In this document: positions 47,329 to 57,067 of the stretch, piece after piece
How positions within the stretch are numbered: the first letter of the stretch is position 1
Layout: each line of letters begins with the position of its first letter
Virus record (IMG/VR): IMGVR_UViG_3300030330_004956
Location: 32,001 to 96,000 of that record
Length of the DNA stretch: 64,000 nucleotides
DNA from: a virus
Taxonomy: Duplodnaviria; Caudoviricetes
Strand: one strand, 5' to 3'
Program-made: the position numbers and the translations under genes
Notes under the pieces: model-generated
What the model was told of the DNA's origin: nothing
Seen by the model: the letters and a program-made list of their open reading frames with translations, nothing else
Database searches by the model: none

Positions 47329-47356
47329 AGCAGTTGGAAACAACTGCTTTCTTTCT
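47327..47356 (+). terminator. Rho-independent terminator
   Basis: AAAGCAGTTG-GAAA-CAACTGCTTT followed by CTTTCT. Confidence 0.8.
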
Positions 47357-47362
47357 ATTTAC

Positions 47363-47371
47363 ACTAATTAT
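47363..47371 (+). promoter_or_regulatory. Late promoter motif ACTAATTAT
   Basis: After a terminator, before 47394 and the tape measure. Confidence 0.6.
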
Positions 47372-47393
47372 ATTTGTATTCTGGTGACTTTAA

Positions 47394-47723
47394 ATGAAAA
47401 CAATTGAAATTGACTTCTCTAAGCTAAGGGCTTTGGACGAGAACATACGAAAAGGCTTCATAGGCACTTTCGGTATTACGCTGAAAGATCTTCTGCAAAA
47501 GATGTTTGGTGGGCAAAAAATACCTCTTATTGTGAAAGGCACTCCCAAAGAAGTGCGCGCATTCGCCAAAGCACTAGTTAAAGAGAAGGATTACTACAGG
47601 TTTTATAAGCAATATGGCTTGAATGATCCTAGAACATATAGATCAAAGTTTGCACTGAAGGCTGCAATTAGAGAGTTTGAGAGAAAAACTGGAGTCAAGT
47701 GGCCGTTACAGTTTCGTAGGTAA
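47394..47723 (+). CDS. Hypothetical basic protein
   Basis: 109 aa; late motifs upstream. Confidence 0.5.
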   Translation: MKTIEIDFSKLRALDENIRKGFIGTFGITLKDLLQKMFGGQKIPLIVKGTPKEVRAFAKALVKEKDYYRFYKQYGLNDPRTYRSKFALKAAIREFERKTGVKWPLQFRR

Positions 47724-47730
47724 ATAATTT

Positions 47731-50700
47731 ATGGCAAAGTCGTTTAAAGAACTATTAATAGAATTTAGAAAAAACGCTGCGTTGAGCCCAGATGATGCAA
47801 CGTCATTAGATAATATTATCAAAGAAGTTGGCGATAAGTCAATGGCTGGCGCAGCCAAGGTACGAACTGCCTCGCAAGAACTGACAGCAATGTTGGGCGA
47901 TGTAGCTAAAACGACTGAAGAGCATGCAGCCACCTATCTGAGTAGTACTGATGAGATGATCTTGAAAGCCATCGAGATGGCTGAAGCTACTCTTGCCAAC
48001 AAAGATGCAACTGAAAGTCAAATAACCTCTGCACAAGCAGTGGTTAGCATGTATAAAGAACAGGCTAATGCAATCAACATTGCAACCAAATCAGCCTCCA
48101 AGATGACTACTGAGATTGATAGGTTCGCCCGGGCAAAAGGGCTTGCAAAATCAGCTTCAGATTCATTCTTTGGAAACTTAATGAACTCCGGCCCACTGGG
48201 CTTTGCAATGCTGAAAGATCAAATGAAGCAATACGCTTCAATACAGAATATTGCGAATGTTTCAATGTTCCAGTTTCAGAAACAGACACTTGAGTTAGCA
48301 CAAGCATTTGACGGCTCACAGGCTGAATTGTCAAAGGCTACGGGTACCACGGGCGAATATAATGACTTGTTATATGACGCACAAGAACAAAATAAAGCAT
48401 TTGGCGTCGGAATAGAAGAAGTTCAAAAAGCTATTTCTAACTTACATAATGAATTAGCAGTATTCAATCAGATGAGTTCTGAAAGCCAAATGATGCTTAC
48501 GGAGACTACGGCTAGAATGGAGCGCTTAGGTGTTGAAGCCGGCGTTGGTGCAGAGCAATTTGATAACCTTATAATGGGTATGGGAATGGGCGCCGTACAA
48601 GCCAATAATGCCTCTTTAGAGCTTGTTGCTCTAGGTGACGCAGTAGGTATGGCAGCAGGTGTCATATCGAAGGAATTTAACGCCGCAGCAAGCGAATTAG
48701 CCAAGTACGGCCCACAAGCAACACAGGTGTTTAAGGGCATGGCAGCAGCCGCCAAGGCAACTGGTATAGAAATTGGAAACTTGATGAGTATCACAAAACA
48801 ATTTGATACTTTTGAAGGTGCCGCAGTAGCTGCTGGAAAGTTAAATGCTATTTTAGGTGGCGGAGTGATGAACTCCATGGAACTTTTAAATGCCACCGAA
48901 GAAGAACGAATCAGATTGATGATCCAAGGAATGCAAGCATCTGGCAAAAACTTCGCTTCTTTGAACCGGTTTGAAAAGCAAGCCATCGCTAGCGCCGCTG
49001 GTATTCAAGATATGACTGAAGCTAATAAGATTTTCGGCATGTCCTTGAGTGCTTATGATCAGATGCAAAATAAGGCAAGTGCAGCCGCAGCCGCAAATGC
49101 AAAAATGGAAGAGCGAGCAGCAGCCGCAACGAAAATGTCAGAAAAATTTAAGTTAATCATGCAAGGCTTCGCCGTTGCATTCATGCCAGTATTAGATGTT
49201 CTACATGCAGGTGCAAATCTTATATTGCAATTAAACGATGCAACCGGCGGATTCTTGATTCCAGTTCTCGGTGCAGCTTCTATAGCATTCATGATGTATG
49301 CAAAATCAGTTGGAGCAGGCAATGCAGCCACAGGGGCTAGTATAGCCTTGAAACAAGCCGCCTTCGCCATAGGAAATACAGAATTTATGCTAAAAATCCG
49401 CTTGGCTATGATGGACAAGCAGGAAGTGGCAATGAAGGGAATAAAAAATGCCCTGTCCAGCAAAGAAAACTTCCTCGGAGCGATGAGGAACGTTCAGGAT
49501 GCGGCATCAGTGAAATTACAAGCAGCCAAGAATGCCGTGATGGCACCCGGTGTCACATTGAAAAAAATCGGATTCGCTATATCGAATAGTGAACTGGGAA
49601 TCAGGGTTCAATTATTTGCAATTGATGCAAAAGATTTTGTACTTCAAAAAGCTAAAATTGCACAACAAGGTATTAGCAATTCCATGATGGCTGTAAGAAC
49701 TACTCTTGGAAAGTCAGATCTTCTAGTGAGATCAAAGGGTGTAATTGTTAGTGGTTATCAGTTGGCGATGTCTAAAATGAAAAACCTCTCTATGAAAGAA
49801 GGGGTTCTGCTTCAGATGAAAGAAAATATTGCGACAAAAGGTGGATTAGTGTTCACTAAAATCAAAACACTTTTAACTGGTGGACTGGCATTGGCAACTA
49901 AATCAAAAGCAGCGGCAGATGCAGCCTCTGTCGGCCCTCAAGCCGCCGCAACAGGCGGTTTAGCCGGCTTTATCTCCGTAGGTATGTCAGGGTTACCAGT
50001 CTTACTGGCAGTAGCACAAGCAGCCCTAGGCATCGGTATGGCATTCTTAGGAATAGGATTGGCGATCGCCGCACCATTTATTGCAATTGCCATGATTGTC
50101 ACAGCATTCAAAGATCTGTTTATCGCAATGATGCAAATGTCTTCGAAGATTGCAGAGGCTGCTGGAGGACTAATCTTATTTGGAGCCGCAGCAGCAACAG
50201 CCATGGTAATGATAGGAATTGCACTAATTCCGTTTTCGATTGCTCTTGCAATTGCCACGCCGTTCTTGGTTGTAGGCGCAATTGGTATTGCAGCGATCGG
50301 AGTAGCGATGTTGCTAGCAGCACCCGGCTTCTTGATCTTTGGAAAAGCTATGGAAGCAATGAGTTCAGGACTTGGAAAATTCCTAAAACTTAAATTTTCT
50401 AAGCTGGTTGCGGCACTGGGTAACTTTGCCCTCTTTATTACAGGCTTGGTACTTATGTCGCCACTTGTTCTTGCGGCAGGTATCTTAACAGGAATTCCTT
50501 TATTGATTATTGGAATGGGGCTTGGCAAATTCTCTAAATCTTTGAAATTGTTTATGAAAACTGGAAGAAAAAGTATGGTAGGAGCCGTAGCTAATCTATT
50601 GATCTTTAGTTTGGGACTTCTTGCTGCATCTCCATTTATTCTAGCTGCTGGTATTTTGGCTGGTATTCCATTATTGATTATCGGACTTGGATTACTGAAC

Positions 50701-51696
50701 TTTGCCAAAGGAATACTTAAATTCCAAAAAATTGGAAAACAAGGAATGTTTGGAGCGATCGCAAATCTTATGTTCTTCTCTGTTGCTATGCTTGCCATGT
50801 CGCCACTGCTTTTGGCTATAGCGATCTTAGCAGGAATTCCAATGTTAATCATTGCAACTGGATTGCTTAAGTTCTCTAAAGCCTTGAGAAAATTTTCTAG
50901 ATTAGGTAAAAAAGATATCGACGGTGCCATCGGTAATTTAGCGTACTTCACGCTAAGTATGATTTTTCTTTCTGTCCCGCTCGCTGCTATCGGTGTTCTT
51001 GTAGGAATCCCACTGATGTTGTTGGGTATGGGATTGATGGGATTTGCTAAGGCAATGAGGCAATTTGGGAAAATAGCAAACTCCGATATTCCTGCCGCTG
51101 TGGACATGCTATCGTACTTCGTGGGGCAAATGTTGCTTCTTTCTATTCCCTTGATGCTACTTAGCGTCTTAGCGCCATTCATGATCGCCGGAATTATTGT
51201 GATTGCAGCCGGCTTGGCAGCGCTTGGCGCCGCACTTGCTCTTATACAAGATAATATGGGCGGTATCATGGCTCTAGATTTCCTATTCCAGTCATTGTCT
51301 AGTACGGCTCAAGGTATAGCTGCCGTAGCAGGAGTTATGGCTGCTTCGATCTTTGGAATTGCCATGGCGCTGATGTTTATTCCGGAGAAAAAGACTCTTG
51401 CATTCGGAATTGCAATGGAAGGATATGGTGCCGCAATGCATGCTGTTGCTCAACTAACGCCAGAATCGGTTGAAGCGGCAGATCAGATAGTTGAGGCTGC
51501 TGGTAGATATGTTGAATTACAAGCAGAAATGAGATTGCCAGATCAGGACTCTTTTGTGCAAGCTATGAGGCAAGTTCTCGGCGGTGGAGACTCTGAAGGC
51601 GGCGGACAAGATATCATTCTTGAGCTTAACGGTAGAGAGTTTGGTAGAGCAGTAGACGCAGCCCTCAATAGCCGTCATTCTCTGAGCATTGACTAA
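47731..51696 (+). CDS. Tape measure protein
   Basis: 1321 aa, Ala/Gly/Met-rich and helical, many TM-like segments; follows the chaperone; C-terminal 'IILELNGREFG'. Confidence 0.85.
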   Translation: MAKSFKELLIEFRKNAALSPDDATSLDNIIKEVGDKSMAGAAKVRTASQELTAMLGDVAKTTEEHAATYLSSTDEMILKAIEMAEATLANKDATESQITSAQAVVSMYKEQANAINIATKSASKMTTEIDRFARAKGLAKSASDSFFGNLMNSGPLGFAMLKDQMKQYASIQNIANVSMFQFQKQTLELAQAFDGSQAELSKATGTTGEYNDLLYDAQEQNKAFGVGIEEVQKAISNLHNELAVFNQMSSESQMMLTETTARMERLGVEAGVGAEQFDNLIMGMGMGAVQANNASLELVALGDAVGMAAGVISKEFNAAASELAKYGPQATQVFKGMAAAAKATGIEIGNLMSITKQFDTFEGAAVAAGKLNAILGGGVMNSMELLNATEEERIRLMIQGMQASGKNFASLNRFEKQAIASAAGIQDMTEANKIFGMSLSAYDQMQNKASAAAAANAKMEERAAAATKMSEKFKLIMQGFAVAFMPVLDVLHAGANLILQLNDATGGFLIPVLGAASIAFMMYAKSVGAGNAATGASIALKQAAFAIGNTEFMLKIRLAMMDKQEVAMKGIKNALSSKENFLGAMRNVQDAASVKLQAAKNAVMAPGVTLKKIGFAISNSELGIRVQLFAIDAKDFVLQKAKIAQQGISNSMMAVRTTLGKSDLLVRSKGVIVSGYQLAMSKMKNLSMKEGVLLQMKENIATKGGLVFTKIKTLLTGGLALATKSKAAADAASVGPQAAATGGLAGFISVGMSGLPVLLAVAQAALGIGMAFLGIGLAIAAPFIAIAMIVTAFKDLFIAMMQMSSKIAEAAGGLILFGAAAATAMVMIGIALIPFSIALAIATPFLVVGAIGIAAIGVAMLLAAPGFLIFGKAMEAMSSGLGKFLKLKFSKLVAALGNFALFITGLVLMSPLVLAAGILTGIPLLIIGMGLGKFSKSLKLFMKTGRKSMVGAVANLLIFSLGLLAASPFILAAGILAGIPLLIIGLGLLNFAKGILKFQKIGKQGMFGAIANLMFFSVAMLAMSPLLLAIAILAGIPMLIIATGLLKFSKALRKFSRLGKKDIDGAIGNLAYFTLSMIFLSVPLAAIGVLVGIPLMLLGMGLMGFAKAMRQFGKIANSDIPAAVDMLSYFVGQMLLLSIPLMLLSVLAPFMIAGIIVIAAGLAALGAALALIQDNMGGIMALDFLFQSLSSTAQGIAAVAGVMAASIFGIAMALMFIPEKKTLAFGIAMEGYGAAMHAVAQLTPESVEAADQIVEAAGRYVELQAEMRLPDQDSFVQAMRQVLGGGDSEGGGQDIILELNGREFGRAVDAALNSRHSLSID
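50407..51261 (+). repeat. 171-nt (57-aa) tandem repeat, about 5 copies, in the tape measure
   Basis: Units start at 50407, 50578, 50749, 50920 and 51091 (xGAxxNL...SP...GIL.GIPLLIIG.GL..F.K...F). Confidence 0.8.
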
Positions 51697-51700
51697 TTAG
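51692..51700 (+). promoter_or_regulatory. Late promoter motif ACTAATTAG
   Basis: Before the baseplate genes starting at 51720. Confidence 0.55.
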
Positions 51701-51719
51701 TATATAGGAGGATTGCAAA

Positions 51720-52583
51720 ATGGCTAGAGAGGTATACGGATATACATCAGAAAACGGGCGTGATAAAACCCAAATGAACTCTGATGAAAGAGCCGCGATC
51801 AACGCAGATCCGGCAACTCAATTGGCGATTAATCGCGGACAAGAGTTACAAATTTACCACATTCCTTCTGGAAAGTTGTTGAAGTTCAAAGCATACGTCG
51901 AAGACTACCAAGACAAATACACTACTGAGTGGACAAATGCAGATGTTTATGGTAGAATGGACTCGATTCATCAATATCAGGGCACAAAAAGGATTATTAC
52001 ACTTGATTGGGTTCTTCCGGCAGCGTCTGTTGCAGAAGCTAGATGGAATCATGAAAAGCTAGCTCTTCTTTTTTCCATGTTATACCCGCACTATGATGCT
52101 GTCGGCCCTAGTAATCCCTCCAGTGCAACGCAAATTAGTACAGCCCCAATTTTTAAAATAAAATTCGGCAATCTGATACAAGATCCAAGATTTGGAGAAT
52201 CTTCTGGCGATGCTGATGAGGGCGGATTGGTGGGCGCCATCGACGGTTTCATTTACGCTCCAGACTTTGAACAGGGATTTGTTGACGATATGTCTGCTGG
52301 CGCTTTCGGCATACCGTCGCCAAATGGAACACCTCGTAGTGGTGGTGGTGCTGGCGGTGCTGGAGTAGACGGGCATGGTGTTATGTATCCCAAGCTTTCA
52401 AAGTTATCAATGGAATTGACAATATTTCATACCTTTCCTCTGGGCTGGGAAGGCTCTAGCAAAAGGACGCCTTCTTTCCCATACGGTTTATTACCCGGCG
52501 CAGCTGGCGGCGCCGGCGGAGTGGGCGCAGGAACTACAGACGAAGCCGACGAAGAAGCCGAAAACTCAACATTAGATCCATAG
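51720..52583 (+). CDS. Baseplate/tail tube initiator-like protein
   Basis: 'FKAYVEDYQD....W....YGRMD...YQGTKR.I.L.W', 'LYPHY', 'APIFKIKFGNL'. Confidence 0.6.
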   Translation: MAREVYGYTSENGRDKTQMNSDERAAINADPATQLAINRGQELQIYHIPSGKLLKFKAYVEDYQDKYTTEWTNADVYGRMDSIHQYQGTKRIITLDWVLPAASVAEARWNHEKLALLFSMLYPHYDAVGPSNPSSATQISTAPIFKIKFGNLIQDPRFGESSGDADEGGLVGAIDGFIYAPDFEQGFVDDMSAGAFGIPSPNGTPRSGGGAGGAGVDGHGVMYPKLSKLSMELTIFHTFPLGWEGSSKRTPSFPYGLLPGAAGGAGGVGAGTTDEADEEAENSTLDP

Positions 52584-52600
52584 AATAGGAGAAACAGAAA

Positions 52601-52939
52601 GTGTCTAGATTTACAAACAGAAGAATATTTCGCAATAAAAACGAACTGTATGAAGAAATGCTTGAGGAAAGAGAAGCAAAGTATTTCAGACAATACGTGA
52701 CTCCTGATTTTACTTATCCAACAGTAGAGCAGATGAAAGAAATTAAAAGACTTAAGCATCGATGGAAAAGGGGAGATAGATTTTATAAATTAGCTTTTGA
52801 GCATTACGGAGATCCGAATTTGTGGTGGGTTATAGCTTGGTTTAACAAGACACCCACAGAATCTCATGTCGCAATTGGTTCTATCGTACTAGTTCCTAAG
52901 CCACTTGAAAAGGTACTTAAATATTTGGGGAATAGATAA
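52601..52939 (+). CDS. LysM/gp53-like baseplate wedge protein
   Basis: 'GDRFYKLAFEHYGDPNLWWVIAWFN...G..VLVP'. Confidence 0.75.
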   Translation: MSRFTNRRIFRNKNELYEEMLEEREAKYFRQYVTPDFTYPTVEQMKEIKRLKHRWKRGDRFYKLAFEHYGDPNLWWVIAWFNKTPTESHVAIGSIVLVPKPLEKVLKYLGNR

Positions 52940-55515
52940 TGGCTTTTGGAGACGTAATAGAAGGCGAAACAGAAGACGGACAAGAAAAACCATTTGCTAA
53001 ATTCAGCGATGCATGTTTTTTGATGGACTATATTGATGTAATTGCTAAGAAAGGAATTCAGGCAAATCCAAATGGATTTAAGAATTTTAAGGTAGTAGAT
53101 GCTAACTCCGATCGTGGCGGTGGCGCTCACTATATTATTGCGAAATTAACTTCTAGAACTGGGCTGGAAAAGTTTATCGATATAGCCCCAGCGGCTCTCT
53201 CTGCGCTCCAGCCACGAGTTAGATTGTATAAGTTAATTTATGAAAACGGGCCGGGCGCTGCCCCAACATCAAAAGAATTCATATTTCATGATTTTTATAG
53301 CCAAGACAAAGTTGAAGCAATTTTAGATGGAAACTCTAAAAGAATTGGTGGGGTAGGCTTGAAAGAGTGCTCTTGGATCCTTGACGGAACAAACCCAGCA
53401 GAAGCAGAAAAAGTAATTAAAGTCAGCATGGGATTTGAATTCCAATCTGCCGCAGATCTACTGGGTGAAAGGTTTAATCCAAATGATGGATCTATTTTGT
53501 CTCCAGAAGACAATCCTGCACTAGAAAATCAGGCGAACATGATCGATCTCATTTTACATCCACCTAAGAGACAAGATGCAGAAGGTACAAATGCTAATTT
53601 GAACGCTTCAGAGGGAAAATATGTTCCCACGTTCTACAGAATAAAATTAGAAATTGGGTGGGCAACTCCAAACTTAGACGAAGGTAGGCTACCCGGGCTA
53701 ACCACCGAAGAGACGATCGATCTTACAACAGAACTCAGAAAGCAAAGAATGTCTTTGATATTGAACTTGGTTGATCATACGCTAGATATCAAAGAAAATG
53801 GTGCTGTATCTTTGACTGTGGAATATGTTGGCGCCTTAGAAGAGACTATTAACGGAAATGCTGCCAATATTCTTAATTTGATTGATCGGGCAAAAGCCAC
53901 GCCCGCAGCAGAAAACTTGGCAGAAGAAATAGAACTTAAAAAGAGGCAAATTGCAGATATCGAACAACAAATTGAATGCCTAAATTTGGTTAACCCCAAC
54001 GGATCGGCAACTGCTGAAGATTTACAAGATGATATCGAAGATCTGCGCGAAGATGTGGCAGATTTCGAAGAAGAGATGCACGAATTCACGTCGGGTGTCA
54101 AGGGGCAGGTTTATAAACAATTTTTAACTAGATTGTTTGAACAAAGAGGAATATACGGGTTTGACATTGACGAAGGACAAATCGAAAATTGGCTAGAAAG
54201 TGTCGAACCCGGCAAAACACGCCCAGCTTTTTCAGACGTCGCCGGCGATATAGAGAGAAGTGAAGCCCCAGACTCCGCAGAAGAAGCAGTTGAGGCTATC
54301 GAGGATGCTGCCAATGAAACCGCTGATGCAGAACCTGCCGAGCAACAAAATGCAGTAGAAGAAGAAACAGCAGGTGTCATCGAAGATGCTAAAGACGCAG
54401 CCACTGATCCGGACAAGGGTAGAATAAACTTTTTATTCTTTGGAGATATTTTGGAAACTGCATGCGAAGTTATGTCCACCGGCGGCGGGAACCCACACCT
54501 AGACAACATGAGAATCCTTACCGGCCCAGTCGTGATCAACCACCCCAGAGGCAGTAAATTGCATTTTAACTTGGCAGACTTGCCAATACCATTTCATGAT
54601 TTTCAGCAATTTTTCTTTGAAGTTGTTGTCAGGAAACAACTGTCTTCTTATCCTTTGAGGCAATTTGTCAAAGATGTTATAGAGAGGTTAGTCAAGAAAG
54701 TACTTCAGCCATCTGAGTGTTTTCCCGGCGATAAAGAAGGTAGGGCAATTAATATAAGTGTCAATAATTTTCCAATCTCCGAAGGCACTGCCACCAATGC
54801 TGGTATTGGGGGGAACGGTGGAGGTAATTGCCAAGGAAGGCTTGTGATGGACGCCTTCCCCAATGCGTCCATTGAGCCATTAGGAGAAGATGCACGCCCA
54901 ATGAATTGTATGTTGTTCTACATGAACTCCTACAAGGCAGCAGAACTAAAAGCCAACGATATTGATGATAGAAACAAAGGTATATACCACTACTATATTG
55001 GGCTAGATAGGGGGCTAATAAAATCAATCAATTTCTCAAAAGCAGATCAACAAGGACTTCGAGAAGCACGCCAAGGCGAAGACGGTAATTTAGGACAAAT
55101 CAGGGACGTATATAACGCTAAAGTTAAAATGGTTGGAAACAACTTATACTACCCGGGAATGAAACTGTTCTTAAACCCACCAATTGGATTTGGACGCCCA
55201 GAAGTCGATGCTTTTGGCGGCGGATATGGCACATTAGCTAATTTGTTGGGCATAGGCGGATATTATGATGTAATTACTGTGGACTCTGTAATTAATAGGG
55301 GTGGACAGTATGAGACTGAGTTGGACTGCGTGTTTGCACAATCTGGAGGAAAGAGGGACAGCATTGAAGCTAGGTGCGACAGTGTGATCACCTCTTTGGC
55401 TGCTCAAATGGCAGCAGACGAGAACAACAGTTTTGCTGGACAAGCTGCCCAGTATGTTGGGGCAGATCCGGCAACACCATCCGGCACAGAAGCGGATCTT
55501 AGGAGTGGAGAATAA
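52939..55515 (+). CDS. Putative baseplate hub protein
   Basis: 858 aa; C-terminal 'YNAKVKMVGN...PGM.....GYY.V..V......YETEL' resembles hub/GpD-type ends. Confidence 0.5.
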   Translation: MAFGDVIEGETEDGQEKPFAKFSDACFLMDYIDVIAKKGIQANPNGFKNFKVVDANSDRGGGAHYIIAKLTSRTGLEKFIDIAPAALSALQPRVRLYKLIYENGPGAAPTSKEFIFHDFYSQDKVEAILDGNSKRIGGVGLKECSWILDGTNPAEAEKVIKVSMGFEFQSAADLLGERFNPNDGSILSPEDNPALENQANMIDLILHPPKRQDAEGTNANLNASEGKYVPTFYRIKLEIGWATPNLDEGRLPGLTTEETIDLTTELRKQRMSLILNLVDHTLDIKENGAVSLTVEYVGALEETINGNAANILNLIDRAKATPAAENLAEEIELKKRQIADIEQQIECLNLVNPNGSATAEDLQDDIEDLREDVADFEEEMHEFTSGVKGQVYKQFLTRLFEQRGIYGFDIDEGQIENWLESVEPGKTRPAFSDVAGDIERSEAPDSAEEAVEAIEDAANETADAEPAEQQNAVEEETAGVIEDAKDAATDPDKGRINFLFFGDILETACEVMSTGGGNPHLDNMRILTGPVVINHPRGSKLHFNLADLPIPFHDFQQFFFEVVVRKQLSSYPLRQFVKDVIERLVKKVLQPSECFPGDKEGRAINISVNNFPISEGTATNAGIGGNGGGNCQGRLVMDAFPNASIEPLGEDARPMNCMLFYMNSYKAAELKANDIDDRNKGIYHYYIGLDRGLIKSINFSKADQQGLREARQGEDGNLGQIRDVYNAKVKMVGNNLYYPGMKLFLNPPIGFGRPEVDAFGGGYGTLANLLGIGGYYDVITVDSVINRGGQYETELDCVFAQSGGKRDSIEARCDSVITSLAAQMAADENNSFAGQAAQYVGADPATPSGTEADLRSGE

Positions 55516-57059
55516 TGGCAGGTAGAAGAAAGAGCAGAAGAAGAAGAGCAGTAGACTATAACAAGCCTATGAGAAATAGGCATAACAAGAAAAGATACGA
55601 ACTCAAAGAAAAGATACTAAATCAGGTTGATAAGAAGTTCGAAGAATCATTAGATAATCCAGTCACGCTATCAGAAGAACAAATAGACAACATTGTTGAG
55701 GCAATCGTCCGCACAGGACAGGCAACAGACACTAATGAGCCTTTTGTAAAAGACATCATTCCTTTGGGATCTAATAACGATAAGTCGAAAAAGCTTTTTC
55801 ATCGTAGAAAGTACTATAAAGACTACGCATGGCCGAAGCCAGCACAATCTCAAAACATCATGGATGAAGACATTCCAGATGATAACTCAAAATATCAAGG
55901 AAACGCTCGCAAAATTTTTGCGCCATTTCAATTTGAAGATTTGATGTATAATAAGACATTTTATGGCAGACTAGATACAAATAACTATTCTGTATATCCA
56001 ATAAACAAGTTTTTGAAAGGAGTCAGGGGCACAGAAGACAAAGTTATGCTGCTTGATTTTGTTGCGGATGCTGCAAATGGAATGATTAGGAAAATTGAAA
56101 CCTTAAAAGAGACTGGCAAGATGTCAAACACTAGTACATATTATGAATTTAAGGTTAAAAGAGGATTTACTGATTTTGTTAGCGATCATCACACTACTAT
56201 GAAAGCTTTTTTCGACACATTTGTTATAACTTGGGCAAATGATCCAAGAAGGTTCACTAGAATAATTGATTTTGATTCTTTTTGTAGAGAATTCACTTAT
56301 TTTTTAGGCTTGGTGCTTCCAAAGTTTCCCCTGAGCAGAACAAATTTACTTCTCAGAAAAACAACCTCTCCTATGACAACCGGAATTATGTTTGAAATTT
56401 CAAAGGCAAAGCACGATCAAGATAAAAAGAAGTATAATAACTTTATCTTAGACGATCACTTTTTGCAAATACAGAGCATAGCAAACGGCTTTGGGTTTAT
56501 GGTTGACAAGAACGCGCCATGGCGATTTATAGCTGATTTGGAGTCTATTCCGATGAAAAAAAGAATGGAAAATTATGGATTCATGAATTTGCAGCAAATG
56601 TTTGACAGAAGATTTTACAAATGCCATCTTTATGAAGCTAACTCTATTAGAGAGTACTTCTTGTCATTTTACGACTCTTTTGTTGAGGCGTACCCATACT
56701 ATACCAAAGTAGAGAGATGTACAGATCACACTTCAAAAGCAAAGCTTCTATATAGGACGCAAAGACAGAGAAATCCATTTACCGACAGAAAACTTTTAGA
56801 ATATTATTATTTTCTTAGAGCCAAAGAGGCGAGAATGGACTGGCAGCAGGAAACTTTTGATATTGAGGTTCAAACAGCCCAAAGTATTTTTAACGAGTAT
56901 GGGTTTATTGCCGCCTTAAATTATGTAAATGATAAAACTAGCTTGATCGTCGGAAGAGGCGCCAATTTTGGAAATAAAATAAAAAATCAAGATGGAAAAC
57001 GAATAATTTACAACCATCAGCCGTCTTATAAGAGAAGTAATTTTACTATGACGTTCTAG
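55515..57059 (+). CDS. Hypothetical protein
   Basis: 514 aa with an Arg-rich N-terminus. Confidence 0.45.
   Translation: MAGRRKSRRRRAVDYNKPMRNRHNKKRYELKEKILNQVDKKFEESLDNPVTLSEEQIDNIVEAIVRTGQATDTNEPFVKDIIPLGSNNDKSKKLFHRRKYYKDYAWPKPAQSQNIMDEDIPDDNSKYQGNARKIFAPFQFEDLMYNKTFYGRLDTNNYSVYPINKFLKGVRGTEDKVMLLDFVADAANGMIRKIETLKETGKMSNTSTYYEFKVKRGFTDFVSDHHTTMKAFFDTFVITWANDPRRFTRIIDFDSFCREFTYFLGLVLPKFPLSRTNLLLRKTTSPMTTGIMFEISKAKHDQDKKKYNNFILDDHFLQIQSIANGFGFMVDKNAPWRFIADLESIPMKKRMENYGFMNLQQMFDRRFYKCHLYEANSIREYFLSFYDSFVEAYPYYTKVERCTDHTSKAKLLYRTQRQRNPFTDRKLLEYYYFLRAKEARMDWQQETFDIEVQTAQSIFNEYGFIAALNYVNDKTSLIVGRGANFGNKIKNQDGKRIIYNHQPSYKRSNFTMTF
57000..57025 (+). promoter_or_regulatory. ECF-like promoter variant CGAATA-N16-CGTC
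   Basis: Same spacing; upstream of the polA-like gene. Confidence 0.55.
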
Positions 57060-57067
57060 GAGGTTGG

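Noticed and set aside
49938-51269. 443-aa minus-strand ORF
   Set aside because: Antisense shadow of the hydrophobic tape-measure repeats; no independent motifs or expression signals seen.
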